This document shows positions 1-9,833 of a stretch of 64,000 bases of DNA, piece after piece. Both the position numbers and the translations under genes were made by a program. The DNA comes from Candidatus Taenariivivens baikalensis (GTDB lineage: Bacteria > Omnitrophota > Omnitrophia > Omnitrophales > Aquincolibacteriaceae), in contig SICL01000001.1 of NCBI GenBank assembly GCA_009691445.1, forward strand, positions 65,738 through 129,737. The letters run 5' to 3'. The notes below the pieces were generated by a model. That model was not told where the DNA came from and searched no databases. It worked only from the letters and a program-made list of their open reading frames with translations. The first letter of the stretch is position 1. Each line of letters begins with the position of its first letter.

Positions 1-234
1 CCACTGCCCTTCGCTAGGCTCCAGGCGGCTCCATTCAAGCGAGAAACGATGAGCATTATGACCCAGATCCGCAATCATCTGGATATCTTCCCGAAAACGC
101 TGAAAATGATCGCAGGCAATCCCCGAAGAGTCTTTGACTCGTCCTTCCTGCTCCCAAGCCCACCAATCGTTCTTGGTATTAGATCCTTCGACCTGATGAG
201 AACTCGTTGCCGCTCCCCATAAAAAACCCGGCAT
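1..234 (-). CDS. Glycoside hydrolase family 1 beta-glucosidase, N-terminal fragment (gene continues beyond left edge)
   Basis: Manual reverse-complement translation from ATG at 234..232 gives MPGFLWGAATSSHQVEGSNTKNDWWAWEQEGRVKDSSGIACDHFQRFREDIQMIADLGHNAHRFSLEWSRLEPSEGQW. This matches GH1 N-terminal signatures (F-x-WG-x-AT-S-x-[HY]Q-x-EG; C-DH-[YF]-x-R-[FY]-x-ED; [YH]RFS-[IL]-x-WSR-[IL]-x-P). It is absent from the ORF track because it has no in-window stop. Confidence 0.8.
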   Translation of the reverse strand, partial: MPGFLWGAATSSHQVEGSNTKNDWWAWEQEGRVKDSSGIACDHFQRFREDIQMIADLGHNAHRFSLEWSRLEPSEGQW

Positions 235-242
235 AGAATAAA

Positions 243-902
243 TTATTCCGCGATTTTAATTCGCTTGGGTGGCCACCAGATAAAAAAAGCTCGGCCCACC
301 AAGTTTTTGGCTGGCACAAAGCCCCAATTCCGGCTGTCGGAAGATTGCGCAGAATTATCACCGAGGGCGAAATAGCTATTCAGAGGCACTTGAATAACTG
401 CCCCCTCTTTTGCGTATTGCCAATCGTTTCTATTGTAATAATAAAGGTTAGAGAAAGGCGGTTCGTCAAGAGGCGCCCCATTAATGTAAAGCTTCCCCTC
501 TTTGATCAGAAGCGCTTCTCCTGGAAGTCCTGCCAAGCGCTTCACATAATCCTTTTTTGGGTCAAGCGGATACTTAAACACAATAATATCGCCGCGATGC
601 GGAGGATGAAGACGGTAGGAGATTTTATCCACAAAGATTCGGTCCCCCTCCATGAAGGTGGGCCGCATCGAGGCCGTGGGAATTTTATAAGGCCCTAAAA
701 GAAATGTCCGGATTACCAACGCAAGAATTCCCGCAACCAAAAAGGGTTCAATCCAGTTTTTCCAGAGATCACAGCTGACAGCATTCAGCCAAACCTTTTT
801 ATTTTGAGAAAATAGTGCCCAGTTTACGATCAAGCGTTGTGCGAAATAAAGAATGATAAACGCCACCGCTCCCAAAGAGATTAAAATAGGCGTCCGATCC
901 AT
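243..902 (-). CDS. lepB: Signal peptidase I (S26 family)
   Basis: ORF 243..959 carries the S26 boxes 'SMRPTF' (Ser) and 'GDNSAQSSDSRNWGFVP' (box E) plus an N-terminal TM. The start is trimmed to the internal Met (MDRTPIL) that abuts the lepA stop, since the longer ORF overlaps lepA. The lepA-lepB order is the classic arrangement. Confidence 0.85.
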   Translation of the reverse strand: MDRTPILISLGAVAFIILYFAQRLIVNWALFSQNKKVWLNAVSCDLWKNWIEPFLVAGILALVIRTFLLGPYKIPTASMRPTFMEGDRIFVDKISYRLHPPHRGDIIVFKYPLDPKKDYVKRLAGLPGEALLIKEGKLYINGAPLDEPPFSNLYYYNRNDWQYAKEGAVIQVPLNSYFALGDNSAQSSDSRNWGFVPAKNLVGRAFFIWWPPKRIKIAE

Positions 903-903
903 C

Positions 904-2700
904 TCAATCCACCCGCAAGATCGCAATAAATGCTTCTTGTGGCAGCTCAACAGTACCAATTCTTTTCATTCTTTTTTTCCCTTCTTTTTGTTTCTCAAGA
1001 AGTTTTCTTTTACGGCTGATATCACCGCCATAGCATTTGCTTGTTACGTCTTTTTTCATGGCGCTGATGGATTCGCGCGCAATGATCTTGCTTCCAACAG
1101 CCGCCTGAATTGAGATTTCAAACATCTGCCGGTGAATTACTTCCTTGAGCTTTTCCGCCAGGTTTTTCCCTTTATGGTGAGCTTTTTCCTGACAAACAAT
1201 CGTGGATAGTGCATCGACGGGTTCGCCATTTACTAAAATATCAAGTCGAACTAATTTCCCCCGTTTATACGCAATAAAGTCATAATTAAACGATCCGTAA
1301 CCGGCCGTCATAGATTTAATTTTATCATGAAAATCCATCACAATTTCAGCAAAAGGGATTTCATAAACTAAAATGGCCCGAGTTGTCTCAATATACTCGG
1401 TGCTTTTATAAATCCCCCGTCGATCCTGACATAGCTGCATGACCGCCCCGACGCATGATGAGGGAATCATTAGATTTGCCTTAATATAAGGTTCTTCAAT
1501 GCGGTCAATCATGGTTACGGGTGGGAGTTTGGTAGGATTTTCCAACAAGGTCATTTCTCCCTTGGTCGTATAAACCCGATACACCACATTAGGGGCAGTG
1601 ATTAGTAGCTCGAGATTAAACTCCCTCTCCAGACGTTCTTTGGCGATTTCCATATGAAGGAGGCCCAAAAATCCGCATCGAAAACCATTTCCAAGCGATT
1701 CTGAAGTTTCTGGCTCAAAAACAAAGGAAGAGTCATTGAGCTGTAATTTTCCCAATGCCACCCGAAGTGGAACAAAATCGCTTGGGTTGAGAGGATAAAG
1801 CCCACAAAACACCATCGGCTTGGCTTCATGATAACCCTCGAGGGCCTCCGAAGCTGGATTTTGAGTCAACGTGATGGTGTCACCGATTTTTATATCCGAT
1901 ACCAGTTTGACATTAGCGGCCACATACCCTACTTCGCCCACGGCCATTTGAGGGACTTCCTCATCGTGAGGATTAAATGTTCCAATCTCCTCCGCGATAA
2001 AATGGCCACCCACTTGCATCATGAAAATCGAATCCCCCTTTTTTAAAACACCGTCAAAAACTCGGATATAAGCGATCACTCCTTTATAGGTGTCATACTT
2101 GGAATCAATAATCAGAGCCTTAAGAGGCTTCTCTAGCTTTCCGGCTGGCGGAGGAATCCTGTCTACGAGAGCCTTAAGAATTTCCTCCGTACCCTGGCCT
2201 GTTTTCGCGCTGCAATAAATAATTTCATCTTCAGATACACCCAGAAGATTGATAATCTCCTCTTTGACCTTCTCAGGATAAGCCGCGGGAAGATCAATCT
2301 TGGTAATGACGGGAATAATGACAAGATTTCGTTCCATCGCTAAGTAAAGATTGCTGACCGTCTGAGCCTGAATACCTTGCCCGGCATCCACAAGCAGTAG
2401 AACGCCTTCACAGGCGGCCAGGCTTTTTGAAACTTCATAGGTGAAATCTACGTGACCAGGGGTATCGATCAGATTGAGAATGTAGCCTTTATGCTTGATC
2501 CGCACAGCACGCGCCTTAATCGTAATGCCGCGTTCCCGTTCAATATCCATATCATCAAGAATCTGCTCGCGGAATTCACGTTGGTTGATCGCTCCTGTAT
2601 ACAGAAGAATTCTATCGGCCAGGGTAGATTTCCCATGATCAATGTGAGCAACAATCGAAAAATTACGAATTAATTTAGGGTCTATCATAGGAAAGTTCAA
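904..2700 (-). CDS. lepA: Translation elongation factor 4 (LepA/EF4)
   Basis: 598 aa; G-domain motifs AHIDHGKST, DTPGHVDF, and LepA-specific C-terminal region; adjacent lepB. Confidence 0.95.
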   Translation of the reverse strand: MNFPMIDPKLIRNFSIVAHIDHGKSTLADRILLYTGAINQREFREQILDDMDIERERGITIKARAVRIKHKGYILNLIDTPGHVDFTYEVSKSLAACEGVLLLVDAGQGIQAQTVSNLYLAMERNLVIIPVITKIDLPAAYPEKVKEEIINLLGVSEDEIIYCSAKTGQGTEEILKALVDRIPPPAGKLEKPLKALIIDSKYDTYKGVIAYIRVFDGVLKKGDSIFMMQVGGHFIAEEIGTFNPHDEEVPQMAVGEVGYVAANVKLVSDIKIGDTITLTQNPASEALEGYHEAKPMVFCGLYPLNPSDFVPLRVALGKLQLNDSSFVFEPETSESLGNGFRCGFLGLLHMEIAKERLEREFNLELLITAPNVVYRVYTTKGEMTLLENPTKLPPVTMIDRIEEPYIKANLMIPSSCVGAVMQLCQDRRGIYKSTEYIETTRAILVYEIPFAEIVMDFHDKIKSMTAGYGSFNYDFIAYKRGKLVRLDILVNGEPVDALSTIVCQEKAHHKGKNLAEKLKEVIHRQMFEISIQAAVGSKIIARESISAMKKDVTSKCYGGDISRKRKLLEKQKEGKKRMKRIGTVELPQEAFIAILRVD

Positions 2701-3347
2701 ACCGAACGCTTGGCTCCGAGAAGGCTATGAACAGCCAGCTTGCGGTCCTTTTGGCCGAAAATAGCAGTGCCAGCAACTAGCACATCGGCTCCCGCATCGA
2801 CACAAATCGCAGCCGTTTGGGCCGTAATGCCTCCATCCACGGAAATATGGCCTTTGAACTTACTTCGCAGGAATTTTACTTTATTCACCATCTCAGGCAT
2901 AAAAGATTGTCCTCCAAAACCTGGCTCAACGGTCATCACAAGAATTAAATCAACTTCGGATAAAAACGGCTCCAACAGCTTCACGGGAGTATTAGGGCGC
3001 AAAGAAAGTCCTACCTTTGCTTTAAGATTTCGTATCTTGTTGATCGTTGCCTGAACATCGTCAGCCGCTTCTACGTGAAACGTGATCATGTCCGCACCCG
3101 CACTCCGGTAATCCTCTACCCACCGAATTGGATTTTCAATCATCAAGTGAGCGTCAAGCGGCAGCTGAGTCGACTTTCGGATCCACTTAATCACCGGTGG
3201 TCCCATCGTAAGATTTGGGACAAAGTGGGCATCCATGATATCTAAATGAACCCAGTCGCATCCTGCAGACTCAATATCACGAATCTCTTCAGCAAGACGG
3301 CCAAAGTCAGCTGAAAGAATACTGGGAGAAATATAAATATGGCTCAT
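2697..3347 (-). CDS. rpe: Ribulose-phosphate 3-epimerase
   Basis: 216 aa; MSHIYISPSILSADF...HLDIMDAHFVPNLT and ...VDGGI... are typical of Rpe. Confidence 0.9.
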   Translation of the reverse strand: MSHIYISPSILSADFGRLAEEIRDIESAGCDWVHLDIMDAHFVPNLTMGPPVIKWIRKSTQLPLDAHLMIENPIRWVEDYRSAGADMITFHVEAADDVQATINKIRNLKAKVGLSLRPNTPVKLLEPFLSEVDLILVMTVEPGFGGQSFMPEMVNKVKFLRSKFKGHISVDGGITAQTAAICVDAGADVLVAGTAIFGQKDRKLAVHSLLGAKRSV

Positions 3348-3355
3348 GTTATTTC

Positions 3356-4654
3356 TTAATTTAGAGAAAAAATTTTCTGGATAGCGGCCCGGTCTTTTTC
3401 AGGCTCCGGACCCATCAGTGCTAAGTTGAGATTTTTACTTACAAACAAACGTTCGGCAACTTGTCTCACATCACTCTCCGTAACTTGCTGAATGGCCGCA
3501 TCGATTTTCCTAAGATCCGGCAGAAGATTTCCATCAATGACACGTTCTCCTACCCAGAGGAGATGATCCAGTGTATCTTCTAAAGCCATGCGAAGCTGAC
3601 TTTGAAAATATTCTTTGGCGCGGCGAAGTTCCGAAGACGTCACACCGCGGGTTCGAATCTTTTTTAACTCCAAGAGAATGACTTCAATCGTTTTTTGAGC
3701 CTTGGTGTTTTCCACTCCGGCCGAGATGGCCATATATCCGGCATCCTGATAAAAACCGGTCCCGGACCGAATTTCATAGGCCAAACCACGTTTCTCTCTC
3801 ACGACCTCAAACAGGCGACTCGACATATTCGCACCCAGTATAACATTGAGCAAAGCCAATTTATAGCGGTCTGGATGAAACCGCGAAAAAGTATGAATCC
3901 CCATTACAAAATGCGTTTGTTCAATCTTTTTCGTCATCAACGATATTTCCGGACTTTTTTGGTTCCTGGAAGCTTTTAAATAATTCCTGGTTTTTCCCGG
4001 CTGGCGGGTCAAAAACATATTCTGAACCCAGCTCACGATCTTGTCATGGTCGACGGAACCTGCCACAGATACAAGAATATTTTGATCATAATAATGTTCT
4101 GTTTTATAACGCAGCATATCATTACGTGTAATTCGAGAAACGCTTTCATAGGTGCCTGAAATTGGGCGCCCAAGAGGATGACCCGGCCATAACATGCGAA
4201 TGATTTCTTCATGAACTCCGTGGGATGGAAGATCCTGATACATTTTAATTTCTTCAAGAATGACCTTTCTCTCCTTTTCCATATCCTTGCGGGTAAGCTT
4301 GGCATGAATCACCATATCGGACAAAACCTCCAAACCCGTTTTTAAATGTCCCAAAAGCATTTTTGTAAAATAACAGGTGCTCTCTTCGCCCGTAAAGGCG
4401 TTGAGCATTCCACCAACCCCCTCAATATCCAATCGGATCTGACGGCTGGACCGTTTAGGGGTTCCCTTAAAAAGCATATGTTCAAGAAAATGAGAAACAC
4501 CCGAAATAGATTCATCTTCGTACCGGCTGCCGGCCCCGACCCAAATCGCGACCCCAACCGACTCAAAGTTTTTCATAGGGACCGTAAGAACGCGAACCCC
4601 GGATTGGATCGTCGTTATCTGATAAGGAATCGAGGTAATAGGTTTATGCATCAT
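3356..4654 (-). CDS. M16 (pitrilysin/insulinase) family zinc peptidase
   Basis: HxxEH inverted zinc motif 'SHFLEHMLFKGT'. Length is about 430 aa. Start placed at the MMHKP Met pair to limit overlap with ruvX; the upstream TTG/ATG extension is unlikely. Confidence 0.8.
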   Translation of the reverse strand: MMHKPITSIPYQITTIQSGVRVLTVPMKNFESVGVAIWVGAGSRYEDESISGVSHFLEHMLFKGTPKRSSRQIRLDIEGVGGMLNAFTGEESTCYFTKMLLGHLKTGLEVLSDMVIHAKLTRKDMEKERKVILEEIKMYQDLPSHGVHEEIIRMLWPGHPLGRPISGTYESVSRITRNDMLRYKTEHYYDQNILVSVAGSVDHDKIVSWVQNMFLTRQPGKTRNYLKASRNQKSPEISLMTKKIEQTHFVMGIHTFSRFHPDRYKLALLNVILGANMSSRLFEVVREKRGLAYEIRSGTGFYQDAGYMAISAGVENTKAQKTIEVILLELKKIRTRGVTSSELRRAKEYFQSQLRMALEDTLDHLLWVGERVIDGNLLPDLRKIDAAIQQVTESDVRQVAERLFVSKNLNLALMGPEPEKDRAAIQKIFSLN

Positions 4655-5084
4655 GATGGAAATCCTTTTGTGCGCGATTAAAATCGATATAGGATTGAAG
4701 CATGCGCTGGGCGGCAATCTGATCGATCACTTCTTTTCGACGAGCCCGGGAAAGATCCGCCTCCAAAAGAATGCGCTCTGCTTCCTGTGTCGTTAGGCGT
4801 TCATCCCACAAAACCCACTCCAGGGACGAATGCGACCGAAACCACTCGACATGTTCTTGAACTTTTTGAGCCGCTTCTTTAATTTCCCCACGGAGTGTAA
4901 TCGGAAATCCCACAACAATTTTTGTAACTCCATATTCCTGAACGACCTGCTGTATTTCCCTAAGAAGCTGTCGTCGCCCCTGAACGAAAATAGTCTTCAA
5001 CGGCGTGGCGATCGTTATGGTTTCATCACTCACGGAAACCCCGGCCCGTTTTTCACCTAAATCAATTCCGAGAAGACACGGCAC
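4644..5084 (-). CDS. ruvX: Holliday-junction resolvase-like RNase H-fold protein RuvX/YqgF
   Basis: Core 'LLGIDLGEKRAGVSVSDE' matches the YqgF N-terminus (LAFDFGTKSIGVAVG). A GTG start at 5084 is preceded by AAGGAG-N7 on the minus strand. The longer ORF (to 5189, TTG) would overlap trpA by about 125 bp, so it was rejected. Confidence 0.75.
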   Translation of the reverse strand: MPCLLGIDLGEKRAGVSVSDETITIATPLKTIFVQGRRQLLREIQQVVQEYGVTKIVVGFPITLRGEIKEAAQKVQEHVEWFRSHSSLEWVLWDERLTTQEAERILLEADLSRARRKEVIDQIAAQRMLQSYIDFNRAQKDFHHDA

Positions 5085-5883
5085 GTGTGCGCTCCTTAAC
5101 GGCTCGAAGCATTTTTTCCACAAAGAGGATGGCCGGAGCAATCTGATGATTACTCGAACGGATCGCATCAATAATAGCACTCCCAACAATCACACCCTGC
5201 GCAAGCCGTGACAGGGCTCTTCCCTGTTCTGGCGACGAAATCCCAAAACCGATTAACAGCGGCTGCTTAATTACTTTTTGCACTTTGTTAAATTCCCTGC
5301 TGAGATTCGATGCAGATACTTGGCGGGCTCCCGTCACCCCCCGTAGAGAAACATAGTAGACAAATCCTGATGACGACCGAGCGATTTGTGAAGCCCGCTC
5401 CGGTCGTGTCGTGGGTGCGACAAGAAAAACCTGCGAAATTTCATGTCGACGACATTCTTTTTGAAGGTTTTTCTCTTCTTCTGGTGGTAAGTCAGGAATG
5501 ATCAGTCCATCAAATCCGCTTTGGCGGGCCTTTTGGGGAAAGGCCTTAATCCCAAAATGATAAATAGGATTAAGGTAACTGAAACAAAGGATCGGGATCT
5601 TACATCCCCTGAGGCGCAGATTAGAAACCAGGTGAAAGGCATCTAGCAACGAGACACCTTGACGCAAAGCAAATTCGGAAGAAAACTGAATCGTGGGCCC
5701 GTCCGCCAGGGGATCCGAAAACGGTATTCCAAGTTCAATGATATCCACGCCAAGTTTTTCGAATTCGAGAATAAGCTGCTCCGTTGATTTTAAATCCGGA
5801 TATCCAAGAGTGATAAAAGCGCAAAAGAGTTTCCCCTTTTCCTTTTGCACGTCACGGATTTTTTGAAGCAATCGATTTTTCAT
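5062..5883 (-). CDS. trpA: Tryptophan synthase alpha chain
   Basis: 273 aa; FITLGYPD...ELGIPFSDPLADGPTIQ canonical TrpA motifs. Confidence 0.9.
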   Translation of the reverse strand: MKNRLLQKIRDVQKEKGKLFCAFITLGYPDLKSTEQLILEFEKLGVDIIELGIPFSDPLADGPTIQFSSEFALRQGVSLLDAFHLVSNLRLRGCKIPILCFSYLNPIYHFGIKAFPQKARQSGFDGLIIPDLPPEEEKNLQKECRRHEISQVFLVAPTTRPERASQIARSSSGFVYYVSLRGVTGARQVSASNLSREFNKVQKVIKQPLLIGFGISSPEQGRALSRLAQGVIVGSAIIDAIRSSNHQIAPAILFVEKMLRAVKERTRAVSSRN

Positions 5884-5887
5884 TAAT

Positions 5888-7075
5888 TTACAGGAAATGT
5901 TTTCGAATAGTTTCGATATCTTTATCGCCGCGCCCGGATAGACAAATCAGGACCCTTTGACCTTTTTGGGTCTTCGGCATCAAACGTGGAAGGAAACCGA
6001 TCGCATGTGAAGGCTCTAGGGCCGGCATAATGCCTTCCATCTCAGTCAGCATACGGAACCCTTCCAGCGCCTCTTTATCCGTGGCAGTTTCATATCGAAC
6101 TCGCCCCGTATCCTTCAAATGGGAATGCTCTGGCCCTACAGATGGATAATCCAATCCCGCTGATATCGAATGGGCAAGCTGAACTTGTCCATTTTTATCC
6201 TGCAATAGATAGCTTTTCATGCCATGTAAAATCCCCGGAGACCCCATCGTCATGGCCGCTGCATGATGAAGCGTGTGAATGCCCTCACCCGATGCCTCCA
6301 CCCCGACCATCTGAACCTTGCGATCTTTCAGAAAGGGATGAAAAAAACCGATGGCATTACTCCCGCCTCCCACACAAGCCAGTAGATAATCCGGAAGATG
6401 TTTGAGGCTTTTTTGAAAATATTGTCGCGCTTCTATTCCGATAACGGACTGAAAATTACGAACCATCACAGGATAGGGATGAGGGCCCACCACAGATCCA
6501 ATGAGGTAATGGGTTGTTTCTACATTCGTAACCCAATCACGAATGGCTTCGTTCGTCGCATCTTTAAGTGTCTTGGAACCTGAATTCACCGGACGCACTT
6601 CGGCTCCGAGAAGTTTCATTTTATAAACATTCAAAGATTGGCGTTCGATATCCTCTGCTCCCATATAAACAACACATTGAAGACGAAGAACACTTGCAAT
6701 GGTTGCACTGGCAACCCCGTGCTGACCCGCGCCGGTTTCAGCCACAATCCGTTTTTTACCTAAACGCTTCGCGAGCAATCCCTGCGCAATGGCATTGTTA
6801 ATTTTGTGCGCTCCGGTATGGCACAAATCTTCCCGTTTAAGGAAAATTCGTGCGCGTCCAAAATGTTCCGTAAGATTCTTTGCTTCGTAAACCGGCGTGG
6901 GTCGGCCCGCATAGTGAGTTAAATAATATTTCAATTCTTCCTGGAATTTTTTTTCTTTTCTTATGAGACGGTAGGCACGATCGAGATCCTCAAGTGCCGC
7001 AAATAAAGTCTCAGGGACATAGCGTCCTCCGTAAATTCCAAAATGCCCGAGATGATCTGGGAGTGTTTTATTCAT
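5888..7075 (-). CDS. trpB: Tryptophan synthase beta chain
   Basis: 395 aa; PLP-lysine motif HTGAHKINN and GAGQHGVA. Confidence 0.95.
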   Translation of the reverse strand: MNKTLPDHLGHFGIYGGRYVPETLFAALEDLDRAYRLIRKEKKFQEELKYYLTHYAGRPTPVYEAKNLTEHFGRARIFLKREDLCHTGAHKINNAIAQGLLAKRLGKKRIVAETGAGQHGVASATIASVLRLQCVVYMGAEDIERQSLNVYKMKLLGAEVRPVNSGSKTLKDATNEAIRDWVTNVETTHYLIGSVVGPHPYPVMVRNFQSVIGIEARQYFQKSLKHLPDYLLACVGGGSNAIGFFHPFLKDRKVQMVGVEASGEGIHTLHHAAAMTMGSPGILHGMKSYLLQDKNGQVQLAHSISAGLDYPSVGPEHSHLKDTGRVRYETATDKEALEGFRMLTEMEGIMPALEPSHAIGFLPRLMPKTQKGQRVLICLSGRGDKDIETIRKHFL

Positions 7076-7078
7076 AAA

Positions 7079-7846
7079 TTATTTCATTTTGGGGCGGACC
7101 CCCGAGATTTGATTATTCGCCATCCAGCCGCCTTCGCCATTCGTCAGCCACACACGACTCCAGCTGTCCCGGTGATCAATGACATAAACTTTAAGTCCCT
7201 CGCCCAATCGCAGTGCTACCAAATCCGAATCTGAGGGGCCATAATGGATTTCCGCATCTTTCACAGTAACAATGGCTTCACGAATCACGTGCGTCTGAAT
7301 ATGTTTAGCGCCATAAAGAGCGCCGGAGAAAATGGCCATCGACAGTAAAGATTGGATTATCCATCCCCACTCAAGACCGCGGCGAAAAAATAAGGTAAGA
7401 ATCCAACTGGCCATGAAAAGCCCGTAAAGAAATAAGAAGCCAAGCAAGACCTCATTCACCGTAAAATAGCCAAGAAGTTTTTCACCGAACTGGATATACC
7501 AGTTCCTTTTATCTTTGATCCGGTATTCCAAAAGCCCACGAACATGAGCTAGGTTATGACGGGTATCCCGGTCTCGGGGGTTAAGAAATTTAGCTTGTTC
7601 ATAGGCGAGAATAGACGCCCCCATTTTTCCGGAACGGAAACAGGCATTTCCCAAATTAAAATATATTTCTCCTTGAGCCGGGTAATGGTCGGCAAGCTTT
7701 TCGTACAAAACGATGGCTTCAGAGAATTTTCCAGCCCGATATAATCCGTTTGCATTTTGGAAATCTTCGCTGAAAGATCCTGCCAAAGCCAGCCCGCATC
7801 CAGTTCCCGCCATCAATAAAAAAATAACAAAAGTTCTTATCTTCAT
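7079..7846 (-). CDS. BatE-like TPR/SH3 lipoprotein
   Basis: Lipobox LLMAGTGC, TPR repeats, a central TM segment and a C-terminal SH3b-like segment. Lies immediately downstream of the batD-like gene. Confidence 0.6.
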   Translation of the reverse strand: MKIRTFVIFLLMAGTGCGLALAGSFSEDFQNANGLYRAGKFSEAIVLYEKLADHYPAQGEIYFNLGNACFRSGKMGASILAYEQAKFLNPRDRDTRHNLAHVRGLLEYRIKDKRNWYIQFGEKLLGYFTVNEVLLGFLFLYGLFMASWILTLFFRRGLEWGWIIQSLLSMAIFSGALYGAKHIQTHVIREAIVTVKDAEIHYGPSDSDLVALRLGEGLKVYVIDHRDSWSRVWLTNGEGGWMANNQISGVRPKMK

Positions 7847-9807
7847 CGGATTTTCTCCAAACGATAAATCGCTTCCTTAAGAATCAGCTGCGCTTTATTT
7901 CTTTCTTCCTGGCTCACGGCTGCCTTCGCAAATCGGGAAATATCGCACCAGGAATAGAGGCTCATCAACTCTTGATAAAACGGGTCCTGGGGTCCCAGAA
8001 TTTCTTCGAGCTTCTTCTCAAGATCCATCCGGGTAATACCGAGCGTTGATAAATTGAATTTATCCGTCAAATATTGCGTGAGGATTTTTTCAATCTCATC
8101 AAAATAAAGACCCTCATTTCCGTGATCCCCACGGTGCATCATCGAAATTAATTTTTTAAGTCTTTTTTCGGCCCGCGACTTTGCTTGCGTCCTGCGCTTT
8201 AACGCAACATTCCTGGAAAAAATCTCAGTACGCTTTTGCGTTAAATAGTTCAAGAGGAGAAAGATCGTCAGCCCAATATCTATCACCCCGAGAACTGCTA
8301 ACATAAGGGTCGTCCTTTCGGGAGAACCGGTTTTTGAAATTTTTTCCTGAATATATCGGATATCCCGCTTCTCAACCTCGACATCTTTTTTTAGGTTTTC
8401 ATTTTGACCCAGCTGGGCGGGCAGAGTAAATATTTGATCCGATTTCTCTACATTGAGAGTGGTTTCTTGTGTGCGAAGCGTAGCATATTGTTGGATTGAT
8501 GGATTAAAATAACTGAATTCAAGGGATGGAATCACCATGCGTCCAGCTTTGGTAGGAATAAACACAATTTCAAAGGTTTTCCTGCCGCCAATCTGGTCAC
8601 CCGTGCGAAAAAGTTGATGCTTGGCGTCTGCATCATAAGTCCGAAATCCTTCCAAGTTTGGGATTGGCGGTTTATTCAAGGTTTCAATATTACCTTCGCC
8701 CTCGATGACAAGCGTCATAGTAACCGGCTCATCCTGCTTAAGCGTCGTCTTATCCACCGAGGAGGAAAGGCGGAAATTTCCCACTGCCCCCACAAAACTT
8801 TTTGGTTTATTTTGTTCCGGAAAGGGTTTAATCTGAAGTCGGATAGGAGGAGGCTTTAATATCAAATCTTCTCGCCGTGCAAAAAAGTTCCCTCCGCTAA
8901 AAAAGCTATCGTCGAAAAATTCATCAAAAACACTGTTGCGCTGGGGATCTCGCCGAATGGAGGCCTTAAGTGTACCGGGTTTAATGGTATAGTCGGCGGG
9001 CGATGTAGGAAAAAGCGCATACTTTTTCACATCCGCCTTGATATAACGCTTGCCATTCACAAAGACATTTTCCTTGGGAACATTTTGGTCCATCGGAAAT
9101 TCCTCAATCCAGAATCCACTGACCTCGGGTTCCTCCTGAAAGCCTTCATAGCGTGTGTCGTAACGGGTGTAAAGCGAGTAAGTCAAAAGGATTTGTTCAT
9201 TCGGGTAGGCCAAAGTTTTATTCACCTTCGCTATGGCATAAATATTATCATCTTCCGGACGTACGCTGGGACCCGGCTCGCTCTGAGGCGGTGCTTGATT
9301 TTGAGTTGCCGGCGCTTGTGTCACCGGCGGATATAAGGGGGCTCGTTGAGAGTTTAATACTTGCTGCGGAGGCCGCCAAGACGAACTGTTTGGAGGATTC
9401 TGGGATTGGGACGGAGCCTGAGCTCCTGGCAAAATCTCCACATTGATTGGCTCAGTACGAAAGTTTTGTCCTCCGGCTTGAATATCAATCGGGTGTATCA
9501 AAAAAGTTCCGGTTTTTTGGGGAACTAAAACATAATTGAATTCAACGCTTGAACTCGACGTGCCATTGATAAAAGTTAGATGTGATGCGCGCCCTGTGTA
9601 AAAAATATCAAAACCGTCAATGCCTTGCACGCGAGGCGCCTGAACATTCCCCTGAAAATCCAAAACCCGAATGGTTAAATGAATTTCCTCTTGGACTCGA
9701 GCCGTGGTCTTATCCAGATCCGCTGCAACGCGTGCTGCCATTGCCATCGAATTGGAATTTAGAAGAGTCCAAGCAATAATTAGAATGAGGAAAAATGGCT
9801 TTTTCAT
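7843..9807 (-). CDS. BatD-like (aerotolerance operon-type) protein
   Basis: 654 aa with a signal peptide, a large periplasmic domain, a Pro/Gln-rich low-complexity linker, a C-terminal TM and a cytoplasmic tail. This is the BatD architecture. Its stop and start overlap the batE-like gene by 4 bp. Confidence 0.6.
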   Translation of the reverse strand: MKKPFFLILIIAWTLLNSNSMAMAARVAADLDKTTARVQEEIHLTIRVLDFQGNVQAPRVQGIDGFDIFYTGRASHLTFINGTSSSSVEFNYVLVPQKTGTFLIHPIDIQAGGQNFRTEPINVEILPGAQAPSQSQNPPNSSSWRPPQQVLNSQRAPLYPPVTQAPATQNQAPPQSEPGPSVRPEDDNIYAIAKVNKTLAYPNEQILLTYSLYTRYDTRYEGFQEEPEVSGFWIEEFPMDQNVPKENVFVNGKRYIKADVKKYALFPTSPADYTIKPGTLKASIRRDPQRNSVFDEFFDDSFFSGGNFFARREDLILKPPPIRLQIKPFPEQNKPKSFVGAVGNFRLSSSVDKTTLKQDEPVTMTLVIEGEGNIETLNKPPIPNLEGFRTYDADAKHQLFRTGDQIGGRKTFEIVFIPTKAGRMVIPSLEFSYFNPSIQQYATLRTQETTLNVEKSDQIFTLPAQLGQNENLKKDVEVEKRDIRYIQEKISKTGSPERTTLMLAVLGVIDIGLTIFLLLNYLTQKRTEIFSRNVALKRRTQAKSRAEKRLKKLISMMHRGDHGNEGLYFDEIEKILTQYLTDKFNLSTLGITRMDLEKKLEEILGPQDPFYQELMSLYSWCDISRFAKAAVSQEERNKAQLILKEAIYRLEKIR

Positions 9808-9833
9808 GAATTGATCCCAATATTATCTGGTTA

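Noticed and set aside
1-222. Open plus-strand frame at the left edge (PLPFARLQAAPFKRETMSIMTQIRNHLD...)
   Set aside because: It has no recognizable similarity. The opposite strand encodes a textbook GH1 N-terminus.
4654-5189. Long ORF-track versions of ruvX (TTG start 5189) and the M16 peptidase (start 4717)
   Set aside because: They would overlap trpA by ~125 bp and ruvX by ~70 bp respectively. Internal starts (GTG 5084 with an AAGGAG SD; ATG 4654) give canonical protein lengths.
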